DNA from: an uncultured bacterium
Lineage (GTDB): Bacteria > Patescibacteriota > Minisyncoccia > UBA6257 > 2-01-FULL-56-20
Assembly: GCA_963745135.1 (NCBI GenBank)
Contig: CAVUWW010000047.1
Location: 1 to 40,965, forward strand
Reading direction: 5' to 3'
Length of the DNA stretch: 40,965 nt
Below the pieces are notes generated by a model. The model was given only the letters and a program-made list of their open reading frames with translations. It was not told the DNA's origin and searched no databases. The translations under genes were made by a program, and so were the position numbers. Shown piece by piece: positions 1 to 8,015 of this stretch (position 1 is the stretch's first letter; each line of letters opens with the position of its first letter).

Positions 1-113
1 GTGAATCGGCATGCAATAATGACCCACCAATAGGCAAAATCGGCATTCAAAGTTGACCCAGGCCTGCAAGCCTTCTATTCTGCCATAAATATGGGAGAAG
101 GAGGCAGAAAGGG

Positions 114-1628
114 ATGCTCACGGTGGAAACTATTCGGAAGATACGGTTATCAGTACATAGAGATGGCAAATCGATTCGTCAAACGTCAAAAGATCTTCAT
201 CTATCACGGAACACAGTCAGAAGAGCAATCAGGAGTGGAGAGACCCTTTTCCAGTACGAGCGCCAGAAACAGCCAATTCCTAAGCTGGGACCGTTTATAG
301 AAATGCTTGACGGTAAACTGGATGAGGACGAGAAACTGCCGAAGAAACTAAGGAGAACGGCACAGATTCTTTTTGAGGATATTCAACTGAACGGTTATGA
401 GGGCGGCTATGACAGTGTAAGGCGGTATATTCAGCGATGGCGCAATGAGCGGAAGATCTCAACGGGAGGTGTATATATACCGCTGAGATTTGAACCAGGG
501 GAAGCATTTCAGTTTGACTGGAGCCATGAATGGGTAGAGATAGGCGGGGCAAGTTTAAAGGTAAAGGTTGCCCATCTGCGGTTATGCTACAGTCGCTATT
601 TTCTTTGCATAGCCTACCCCAGAGAAACCCAGGAGATGGTTTTTGATGCCCATATAAAGGCTTTTGAGTTCTTCGGAGGCGTGTGCAGGAGAGGCATCTA
701 TGACAACCTCAAGACGGTTGTTAACAAGATCATCGGAGGAAAAGAAAGGAACTTCAACAGCCGTTTCGTCCAATTCAGCTCCCATTATCTTTTTGATCCT
801 GTAAGCTGCACACCGGGTGCGGGCTGGGAAAAGGGTCAGGTTGAAAACCAGGTAGGCTTAGCCAGAAGGAGATTTTTCATTCCCAAGATCAAGGCCAGGG
901 ACTTCAAGGAGCTCAACGATACATTAAAAGGACAATGTATCAACTGGGCAAAGAGCCATAAGCATCCGACATTTTCCGACAAGACGGTTTGGGAGGTGTA
1001 CGAAGAAGAGAAGCCTTGCATGATCAGTCTGCCTCCCCCTTTCGATGGGTATGGGGAACGTCCTGCCAGGGTTACATCCAGTTCGCTTGTGACCTATGAT
1101 CGTAACAGATACAGTGTTGATTGCAGTCAGACAGGCAGAATCGTACAAATAAGAGTATATGCCGATCGAATAATGATCGTCAGTGATGGCCGCGTCGTAG
1201 GAGAACACGAGAGGCACTTTGGAGAAAATAAGACGGTTTTTAATCCATGGCATTATGTTTCTGCCCTTGAACGGAAACCAGGCGCTTTACGCAACGGAGC
1301 TCCTTTCAAAGACTGGGATCTTCCCACGGGCATGGGAAACGTCCTCAACGGATTGCAAAACCGTTTTACCGACTGGGATCGTCAATTTGTGGCAATTCTT
1401 AATGCCGTACCTCTTTACGGTCTTGATGCCGTTGACAAGGCATGCGAAGACGCCTTGAAGATGAGAGCTGTGAGTAAGGAGGTCGTTATCAATCTTCTCA
1501 ACAGGAATCAGGAAAAGGACTTTGCCGCGGATGTAGGCATTCCTCCCCACCTGATTCTGAAACAGGAACCAATAGCAGATTGCCGACGATATGAATCTTT
1601 AATGAGGGGGGACTGCAATGTTGCGTAA
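114..1628 (+). CDS. istA: IS21-family transposase IstA
   Basis: 504-aa ORF with an N-terminal HTH region and an integrase/DDE core. Length and the overlap with a downstream IstB-type ATPase are typical of IS21. Confidence 0.9.
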   Translation: MLTVETIRKIRLSVHRDGKSIRQTSKDLHLSRNTVRRAIRSGETLFQYERQKQPIPKLGPFIEMLDGKLDEDEKLPKKLRRTAQILFEDIQLNGYEGGYDSVRRYIQRWRNERKISTGGVYIPLRFEPGEAFQFDWSHEWVEIGGASLKVKVAHLRLCYSRYFLCIAYPRETQEMVFDAHIKAFEFFGGVCRRGIYDNLKTVVNKIIGGKERNFNSRFVQFSSHYLFDPVSCTPGAGWEKGQVENQVGLARRRFFIPKIKARDFKELNDTLKGQCINWAKSHKHPTFSDKTVWEVYEEEKPCMISLPPPFDGYGERPARVTSSSLVTYDRNRYSVDCSQTGRIVQIRVYADRIMIVSDGRVVGEHERHFGENKTVFNPWHYVSALERKPGALRNGAPFKDWDLPTGMGNVLNGLQNRFTDWDRQFVAILNAVPLYGLDAVDKACEDALKMRAVSKEVVINLLNRNQEKDFAADVGIPPHLILKQEPIADCRRYESLMRGDCNVA

Positions 1629-2349
1629 TGAGATCATGGAGCTTATGGGAAAGCTGAAATTACAGGGCATGCAGTCCGTTTATGATGAAGCGTTGTCAAA
1701 TGGACGAAAGAGCCGGTCAACTCCTGAGAAGATGATCTTAGAAATGCTTAAAGCCGAGGCCACTGAAAGGCATATAAGAAGCATCCGCTATCGAATGGGG
1801 CAGGCCAGGTTTCCTGCGCCCAAAGATATCGACAGTTTTGATTTCAAAGGGAGTTCGGTTGATAAAAACCAGATTCAATCATTGTATCAGGGGGATTTTA
1901 TTGAACAGCATATCAATCTGATTTTCGTAGGCGGCACCGGTACCGGCAAGACACATTTGGCAACTGCAATAGCGGCGCAGGCCGTCAGGGATGGGAAAAA
2001 GTGCAAATTTTATAACCTGGTGGATTTGGCAAATGAGTTGGAACAGGAGAAAATGGCCGGATTTGCAGGAAAAATATCTGCACGACTGATTCGGTTTGAT
2101 ATGGTGCTGCTTGATGAACTGGGCTATCTGCCCTTCTCAAAAAACGGAAGCCAACTGCTCTTCCATCTCATATCCAAGCTCTACGAACAAACATCTATCG
2201 TCATGACAACAAACTTAACCTTTGGTGAATGGCCTCAAGTGTTTGGTGATGCCAAAATGACTACCGCAATGCTGGATCGCCTTACTCATCATTGTGAAAT
2301 CATAGAAACCGGGAATGAAAGCTGGAGGATGAAACACAGGTCTTCATAA
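1618..2349 (+). CDS. istB: IS21 helper ATPase IstB
   Basis: 243 aa with Walker A ([10 protein letters not shown]) and Walker B (VLLDELGY). Overlaps the istA stop. Confidence 0.9.
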   Translation: MLRNEIMELMGKLKLQGMQSVYDEALSNGRKSRSTPEKMILEMLKAEATERHIRSIRYRMGQARFPAPKDIDSFDFKGSSVDKNQIQSLYQGDFIEQHINLIFVGGTGTGKTHLATAIAAQAVRDGKKCKFYNLVDLANELEQEKMAGFAGKISARLIRFDMVLLDELGYLPFSKNGSQLLFHLISKLYEQTSIVMTTNLTFGEWPQVFGDAKMTTAMLDRLTHHCEIIETGNESWRMKHRSS

Positions 2350-2425
2350 ACATATATTTTTTACTCAGGGGTGGGTCAGTTTTGGACGCCGATGCTGGGT
2401 CTATTTTCAATGCCTATTGACACTA

Positions 2426-3319
2426 TTAAGCTACAAGTTTTTTAAATTCCATTTTAGGAGCCTTTAACAATTTTATGAGAGTATCCCTGAATAAATATTC
2501 ATTATCGCGGTTATTAAATCTCCACTCAAATTCATCGAGGTAAGCGTCCATATGCTTAGTGCTGATTTGATGATAAGAACCGACAATAGATCGCTTAAAC
2601 AAAGACCAAGCATTTTCAATACTATTAGTGTGGACATCGCCTCGCGCCCATTCTTCTTTATGATGGTTTACGCTCTCATGCTTGAAAGTTTTATCAAGAG
2701 ATTTGTATGCTTTATATTCGTCTGTCATGATAGTAGCTTTTTTATCCACCCTATCATTGATAATGCCGACAAGGACTCTTTTTCCTGTAGTCGGGATAGT
2801 TCTAGCCTCAAATTTTCCGTTTCTTTGCAAAAGTCCCATGACAGGTTGTTTTTCCCATGGCCCGCGCTTACGCCTTTTATCGTAACGACCACCGACAAAT
2901 GTTTCGTCAACCTCAACAACGCCTTTGAGTTTAGGTTTGTCAATCGCTTCTTCCATTGCTTTTCTGACACGGTGGCAAAGATACCAAGCCGTTTTATAAC
3001 TCACGCCAAGGCTCCTTTTAAGCTGATTTGCGGACATTCCTTTTTTAGATTCGGTCATCAAATAAACAGCGAGAAACCATTTCCAAATCGGCAAATGGGA
3101 ATCATGAAATATAGTTCCGGCAGTGATAGAGAATTGATAGCGGCATTGGTCGCAGTCATATTGGTCTCTTTTCTCTATATGAGATATTTTATCAGAACCG
3201 CACCGTGGACATTTAATACCGTCTGCCCATCTAAGGGCTTCAAGATACTGACGGCATTTCTTATCGTTGCCGTAATGCTCAATAAGATTAACCAAATTTG
3301 TTTCCATAGGAGCCTCCAT
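2426..3319 (-). CDS. IS1595-family transposase (zinc-ribbon plus ISXO2-like DDE domain)
   Basis: N-terminal CPRCGS...CDQC zinc ribbon followed by a DDE domain. The second ATG at 3307 has the better GGAGG spacing. The stop codon lies 3 nt from the IS21 right end. Confidence 0.85.
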   Translation of the reverse strand: MEAPMETNLVNLIEHYGNDKKCRQYLEALRWADGIKCPRCGSDKISHIEKRDQYDCDQCRYQFSITAGTIFHDSHLPIWKWFLAVYLMTESKKGMSANQLKRSLGVSYKTAWYLCHRVRKAMEEAIDKPKLKGVVEVDETFVGGRYDKRRKRGPWEKQPVMGLLQRNGKFEARTIPTTGKRVLVGIINDRVDKKATIMTDEYKAYKSLDKTFKHESVNHHKEEWARGDVHTNSIENAWSLFKRSIVGSYHQISTKHMDAYLDEFEWRFNNRDNEYLFRDTLIKLLKAPKMEFKKLVA

Positions 3320-3470
3320 GAAAAAGATTAAAAAACATCTTAAAAACTTAACTAGTGATGAAGCTATTGCTCGTGTCTTTCATCCAGACGCTTTAAAACA
3401 TATAAAAAACCATGTTGAAAAACTCTCTAGTGAAAAGAAAAAACCAATTAAGAAAGAGCGTCAATCATGA
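3318..3470 (+). CDS. Small hypothetical ORF (50 aa, Lys-rich), divergent from the IS1595 transposase
   Basis: ATG preceded by AGGAG 7 nt upstream. Its start overlaps the first ATG of the transposase on the opposite strand. No recognisable family. Confidence 0.2.
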   Translation: MKKIKKHLKNLTSDEAIARVFHPDALKHIKNHVEKLSSEKKKPIKKERQS

Positions 3471-3518
3471 CTTTCAATTATAGTATAACAACTAAATTGC
3501 CTTGTGTCAAGTATATAA

Positions 3519-3640
3519 TCGCGGATGAATCCCGCGACTTGCAATCCCCCGGCTCCTGCCGGGGGTTCGCGCCGTAGGACGCGGGAGGTCGCGTTATTAA
3601 AAGGAGCCTCCGGCTCCTGCCGGAGGGAGCTCCACTAAAG
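3519..3640. repeat. Structured multi-hairpin repeat, copy 1 (inverted relative to the copy at 11856-11965)
   Basis: The reverse complement aligns over about 105 nt with 11856-11965. It contains two related hairpins: CCCCCGGC-TCCT-GCCGGGGG at 3546-3565 and CCTCCGGC-TCCT-GCCGGAGG at about 3607-3626. Confidence 0.65.
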
Positions 3641-3798
3641 AAAATCCCGGCCTGCATATTATTGATATCGGTGCCCCAATCATCGCCAAATGCTGCCATT
3701 GAGCTGTAAAATTATTCTGTAATATATATTTATAATATATTATATAGTATACTTATACAATGATATATTCCGAAAGATAACATCAGGTGCAAAAAATA

Positions 3799-4515
3799 AT
3801 GACATATAAACAAATCAACACAGCGTTCATTTTAGGCGCGGGACTGGGGATGAGACTCAGGCCGCTGACGGAAAACACGCCCAAGCCGCTGCTGAAAATT
3901 GGCGGACGTCCCATCATCACTTATGCTATGGAGCATTTGCGCTCTATTGGTGTCAAGCGGTTTATTATTAATACGCATCATTGTGCGGGAAAATTCGCCG
4001 AAATATTTCCTAAAAATAGTTGGAAAGATATCCCAATTACGTTTCGACATGAGCCGGTTTTGTTGGATACCGCCGGCGGCATCAAAAATATTGAAGACCT
4101 GATTGCCGATGATGAACGCATTGTAGTTTACAACGGCGACATAATCACCAATCTTCCGCTTGCGCCGCTAGTGGATAAACATTTTGCTTTGCAATCAAAA
4201 GTTACACTGGCCTTACGAAGCAGTGGTCCGCTGCTCAATGTCAATATTGATAAAGACGGTTTCATTTGCGACATGCGGCATATTTTGAAAAATCCAGGAG
4301 TCCGGAGTTGCCTTTTTGCCGGAATTTATATCGTGGAAAAAGATTTTTTAAAACGATTACAGGCTGGCAAAATAGAATCGATTGTTTTACCGCTGGTAGA
4401 GATGATTAAAGAAAATCCACGCTCGGTCGGCGCTGTGGTAATTGACGATGGTTATTGGTATGATGTTGGCACGATTGAGGAGTACGAAAAATTATGCAAA
4501 ACAGGGATTAGTTAA
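3799..4515 (+). CDS. murU: Sugar-1-phosphate nucleotidyltransferase, MurU-like
   Basis: N-terminal GAGLGMRLRPLTxxxPKPLL NTP-transferase signature. About 240 aa and directly upstream of an AmgK-type kinase. The ORF track starts at GTG 3787. ATG 3799 sits behind an AGGTG Shine-Dalgarno sequence. Confidence 0.6.
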   Translation: MTYKQINTAFILGAGLGMRLRPLTENTPKPLLKIGGRPIITYAMEHLRSIGVKRFIINTHHCAGKFAEIFPKNSWKDIPITFRHEPVLLDTAGGIKNIEDLIADDERIVVYNGDIITNLPLAPLVDKHFALQSKVTLALRSSGPLLNVNIDKDGFICDMRHILKNPGVRSCLFAGIYIVEKDFLKRLQAGKIESIVLPLVEMIKENPRSVGAVVIDDGYWYDVGTIEEYEKLCKTGIS

Positions 4516-4607
4516 ATGAAATCTAATTTAAGTCTCCCTTTTTTAAAGGGAGACAAAGAGGGATTTTAAAAATCTCCCCTCACGCCTCTTTACAAAAGAG
4601 GGGCAGA

Positions 4608-5627
4608 ATGTTGATAAAAAAAATAAAACTAATGCACAAAGAAATACAAAAATTTCTGAGAGATCATCTGGGCGCGAAGGATTTTGATCTTAAGCCGATC
4701 AAGAAGGGCGGTTCCGACCGTGGATTTTCCCGTGTTTCCCTGCCGGATAAAACCAGTTGCGTTTTTATGCATTACGGTGATGAAGTAGCGGAAAATGCAT
4801 ATTGGGCAGGCATCAACAGCTTCATGGCATCGCTGGCTATTAATGTGCCGCGGATTATTGCGCAGGATATGCCAAAACATTTTATCTTCCTCGAAGATTT
4901 AGGCGATGTTGATTTGTGGTCGGAAAGATTTTTACCATGGGAAGAAAGGCGTGATTATTATTTTCAGGCGCTCACTCAAATTTATCGGCTGCATTCCTTT
5001 GATTTAAAATCCATTCCAGATGATTTGCAATTGTCGGAAAGCTACGGCCCGCGTTTATATAAATGGGAGTATGAATATTTTCTGGAAAATCTTGTCGGGG
5101 AAGTCTGCAAAATAAAACTTTCATCGACAGATGCCGCAAAGTTGATGAAAGAATTGGACGCACTTTCCGCTCGCCTGCAAAAAATAGAACCCTGTCTTAT
5201 TCATCGTGATTTTCAATCGCAAAATATCATGATTAAAAACGGCAGGCCGATATTGATCGATTTTCAGGGCATGCGCGAAGGCTGCCTTTTTTACGATCTG
5301 GGTTCTCTGATCTGTGATCCGTACGTTACTTTTAAAGATGAAGAAAGAAACGAGTTGCTGGATTTTTACTATGAACTGATGAATCCGGCCTATAGCCGCG
5401 ATGAATTTGTCCATAATTTCTGGATGGGCTCGGTGCAGCGGCTTTTGCAGGCGCTGGGAGCATACGGTTTTTTAGGGCTCAAGAAAAATAAACCGGCTTT
5501 CCTTGCGCACATCGGCAACGGTCTGGAGAATTTATTAACTGCAATCGATAAAGTGAACGGCCTTGCACTGCTCAATGACCTTGCGACTGAATGCGAAACA
5601 ATCCTCACCCGTAAAAATTATTGTTGA
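4608..5627 (+). CDS. amgK: Aminoglycoside-phosphotransferase-fold sugar kinase, AmgK-like
   Basis: 339 aa with the APH catalytic motif LIHRDFQSQNIMI and a downstream IDFQG motif. Paired with a MurU-like gene, as in the peptidoglycan-recycling bypass. Confidence 0.6.
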   Translation: MLIKKIKLMHKEIQKFLRDHLGAKDFDLKPIKKGGSDRGFSRVSLPDKTSCVFMHYGDEVAENAYWAGINSFMASLAINVPRIIAQDMPKHFIFLEDLGDVDLWSERFLPWEERRDYYFQALTQIYRLHSFDLKSIPDDLQLSESYGPRLYKWEYEYFLENLVGEVCKIKLSSTDAAKLMKELDALSARLQKIEPCLIHRDFQSQNIMIKNGRPILIDFQGMREGCLFYDLGSLICDPYVTFKDEERNELLDFYYELMNPAYSRDEFVHNFWMGSVQRLLQALGAYGFLGLKKNKPAFLAHIGNGLENLLTAIDKVNGLALLNDLATECETILTRKNYC

Positions 5628-5712
5628 AACACCAATTCCGAAAGCGAATAACCTAAAGGTCACTATAGGCGCAGCGGAATTGGTAAGTTGTAATGAGACT
5701 AGCTAAAAACGA

Positions 5713-5760
5713 ACGAAGTGAAGTTTGAAGCGTAAGTCGAATTATCCCGCGAAGCGGAGG
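5713..5760. repeat. Short intergenic repeat (GAAGTTYGAAGCGTAAG...ATCCCG...CGGG), copy a
   Basis: The core GAAGTTTGAAGCGTAAGT recurs at 11197-11215 and, as GAAGTTCGAAGCGTAAGT, at 11261-11278. A small ATCCCG/CGGGAT-type hairpin follows. Confidence 0.5.
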
Positions 5761-5836
5761 GTTTTATACCCGTGATTAAAAATCGCTTGACATCCGGTCC
5801 GAATATTGTACCATATTCGAACCGGAGGTTAAAATC

Positions 5837-6118
5837 ATGAATATCATAAACGATATTAAGCCCGTCACATATTTGAAATCGAAAGCCGCGGATTTGCTCA
5901 AGCAAATCAATGAAACGCAAAGACCTGTCATTATAACTCAGAATGGAGAACCTCGGGCCGTGCTTCAAGACCCCGCAAGCTATGAAAATATGCGCAATGC
6001 CATCGGTATGTTAAAGCTCATTTCACAAGGTGAAGCCGATGTGCGAGATGGCCGGACGAAGACACAGGAAAAAATGTTTAACGAAATCGAAGATGCATTA
6101 AAGAAAAGGCTTAGATGA
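5837..6118 (+). CDS. Type II antitoxin, Phd/YefM family
   Basis: 93 aa with the typical N-terminus (...PVIITQNGEPRAVLQD...). A 4-nt ATGA overlap joins it to the downstream toxin gene. Confidence 0.85.
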   Translation: MNIINDIKPVTYLKSKAADLLKQINETQRPVIITQNGEPRAVLQDPASYENMRNAIGMLKLISQGEADVRDGRTKTQEKMFNEIEDALKKRLR

Positions 6119-6438
6119 AAAAGTACAAGGTTGAATGGGCGGCTGTAGCTGAAACTGATTTAAAACAGATCGTCGATTATCTGACGGCTGATAGTCCCGG
6201 CAATGCTTTACAAATATTCAAAAAGATTCGACAGAGAGCATCGGGCCTTTATGCATTCCCGAAACGTGGCAGGGTTGTTCCTGAACTGCAGGCTCAAGGG
6301 ATATATATTTACAGAGAGTTGATTGTAGCACCCTGGCGAATCGTCTATCGTATAGCGGAAGGAACCGTTTTTGTTTTATCGGTTATCGATTCGCGACAAA
6401 ATGTCGAGGATATTCTGCTCAATAGATTACTAAAATAA
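6115..6438 (+). CDS. Type II toxin, RelE/ParE family
   Basis: 107 aa with a plasmid-stabilisation/ParE-like pattern (...WRIVYRI...VFVLSV...). Translationally coupled to the Phd-like gene. Confidence 0.8.
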   Translation: MKKYKVEWAAVAETDLKQIVDYLTADSPGNALQIFKKIRQRASGLYAFPKRGRVVPELQAQGIYIYRELIVAPWRIVYRIAEGTVFVLSVIDSRQNVEDILLNRLLK

Positions 6439-6465
6439 ATCAAGCATTGTTCAAACTTTTATGGG

Positions 6466-6658
6466 ATGCGCTGGGAGCATACGGTTTTCTGGGACTTTAA
6501 AAAATAAACCGACCTTTCTTGGGCACATCGGTAACGGTCTGGAGAATTTATTAATTGCGGTAGATAACGTGAGCGGACTTGAACTGCTGAATGATTTAGC
6601 GACTGAATGTGAAACGATTCTCGCTAGGAAAAATTATCAGAAAATTATGAAAACATAA
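6466..6658 (+). pseudogene. Diverged, frame-disrupted second copy of the AmgK-like kinase 3' end
   Basis: 6468-6640 aligns by eye at roughly 80 percent nucleotide identity with 5451-5624. The translated tail ...FLGHIGNGLENLLIAVDNVSGLELLNDLATECETILARKNY matches the kinase C-terminus. The first part is out of frame. Confidence 0.8.
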
Positions 6659-6721
6659 CATATAAATCAATTTTGTGGTGAACGATTAAGTATTGTGTAA
6701 CTAGAATATTGAGTAATACAG

Positions 6722-7786
6722 ATGATAATTGATGATAATATTATAAATGAAGCCATAAAATTTTTGCTCGATGGTGACGAGCAAGCATCAGCAGATATCC
6801 TAAAAATGTGTTCGGTGGAAAACTGTGAAGTTGTAGATCACTGGATGAATGGAAGCGAACTGCTAGACGGTTTATCTATAGAACTGCGAGGACCTCGTAC
6901 GGCATATGATATTCTTTCAAGGCATGACCACCCATTAAGAAAAGAAATAATATCCGCCTTTTCAGCTGTTATTCCTGCCAGCACTTACATTAAGAACTTA
7001 CGAATACGAGTCGTTACTTTGTCGGAAGAATCGCGCGTGCAGATAAGTAAAACAATTTCTGTTTCTGAGTTAAAGGAATTAATTCAAGAGATTGAAGCGC
7101 AAAAAGGGTTGATGATTGCGGTTGCAACCGGTGGTCCGAAAATTAAAGAGGTTAATGTCCAGTACCAGAATAGACGTTTTAAAATCATGGCAAAGTTACA
7201 GGATATGGGTATTGACGATCCAAATCCTTATCCTGATCTTTGGAGTTGGTACGGAAAGTGGAGTGATGGTAGTCTCCCTAGTTGGCAAGCAAGAAGAAAC
7301 TATATTGGTGCTCTTTATCAGCCATTGTTGGATGCACTGACAATAAGAAGCAAAACAAATTTGGCCGTTCAGCCTCAAGAACCTACAGGTTGGGATCGGG
7401 TTGACCGTAACGTAGATAAGGTAAATAATGCATTAGCGTATGCAGAGAATGAAGAAGATTTTCAAACGGTCGGTCTTTTATGTAGAGAAGCTGTCATTTC
7501 ATTGGCTCAAGCAGTTTACGATATAGCGAAGCATGGCAGTATTGATGGGGTATTGCCTAGTAATACTGATGCAAAAAGAATGCTGGAAAGCTATATAGCC
7601 ACAGAACTATCTGGCAGTTCCAATGAAATGCACCGAAAATTAGCTAAAACAGCCGTTCAACTAGCAGTTGATCTTCAACATAAGCGTACAGCAAACTTTC
7701 GAGAAGCTGCTCTTTGTGCTGAAGCTACGAGAGGAATAATAAATATCATAGCAATCATGTCAGGACAAAGAGATCCCGAGAAATAG
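6722..7786 (+). CDS. Hypothetical protein (354 aa), no confident family assignment
   Basis: Long ORF with ordinary amino-acid composition and a Trp-rich central segment (PYPDLWSWYGKWSDGSLPSWQARRNYIGALYQPLL). It follows the TA cassette. Confidence 0.6.
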   Translation: MIIDDNIINEAIKFLLDGDEQASADILKMCSVENCEVVDHWMNGSELLDGLSIELRGPRTAYDILSRHDHPLRKEIISAFSAVIPASTYIKNLRIRVVTLSEESRVQISKTISVSELKELIQEIEAQKGLMIAVATGGPKIKEVNVQYQNRRFKIMAKLQDMGIDDPNPYPDLWSWYGKWSDGSLPSWQARRNYIGALYQPLLDALTIRSKTNLAVQPQEPTGWDRVDRNVDKVNNALAYAENEEDFQTVGLLCREAVISLAQAVYDIAKHGSIDGVLPSNTDAKRMLESYIATELSGSSNEMHRKLAKTAVQLAVDLQHKRTANFREAALCAEATRGIINIIAIMSGQRDPEK

Positions 7787-8015
7787 CAAAAGACAACAAG
7801 TGGTTCAATGGCGTCGGGGATTTGTAAATTTCTTTTTCTCGCAATAGCTGGTTGCCTCGACGCGCCAACTACGTTTAACCGCTGCTCTGTCGTTCAATCT
7901 AAATCCTATCATTACTCACTGATTAAAAAATTGTCTATGCGATAAAGGCATTGCGCTCGTCGTGCCGATATGTTAAGCAAATCATCACTATTCACTATTC
8001 GGAGAGTTTTTGAAA

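Larger units (their letters stand above)
2..2422 (+). mobile_element. IS21-family insertion sequence (istA-istB), apparently complete, starting at the second base of the window
   Basis: istA/istB pair overlaps by 11 nt. Termini form imperfect inverted repeats with TG...CA ends: 2-60 (TGAATCGGCAT...TGACCCA) versus the reverse complement of 2368-2422 (TGTCAATAGGCAT...TGACCCA). Both ends carry reiterated GGCAT/TGACCCA sub-motifs, as in multi-site IS21 ends. Confidence 0.85.

Noticed and set aside
2552-3331. 259-aa plus-strand ORF
   Set aside because: It is antisense to the well-supported IS1595 transposase and has no recognisable motifs.
3478-3699. Minus-strand ORF of 73 aa
   Set aside because: It consists almost entirely of the translated multi-hairpin repeat at 3519-3640. 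It has no start context and a Gly/Pro/Arg-rich composition.
5628-6460. Reading the TA cassette as an integron gene cassette with attC sites
   Set aside because: I found no GTTRRRY / RYYYAAC core pairs at the boundaries and no intI gene in the window.
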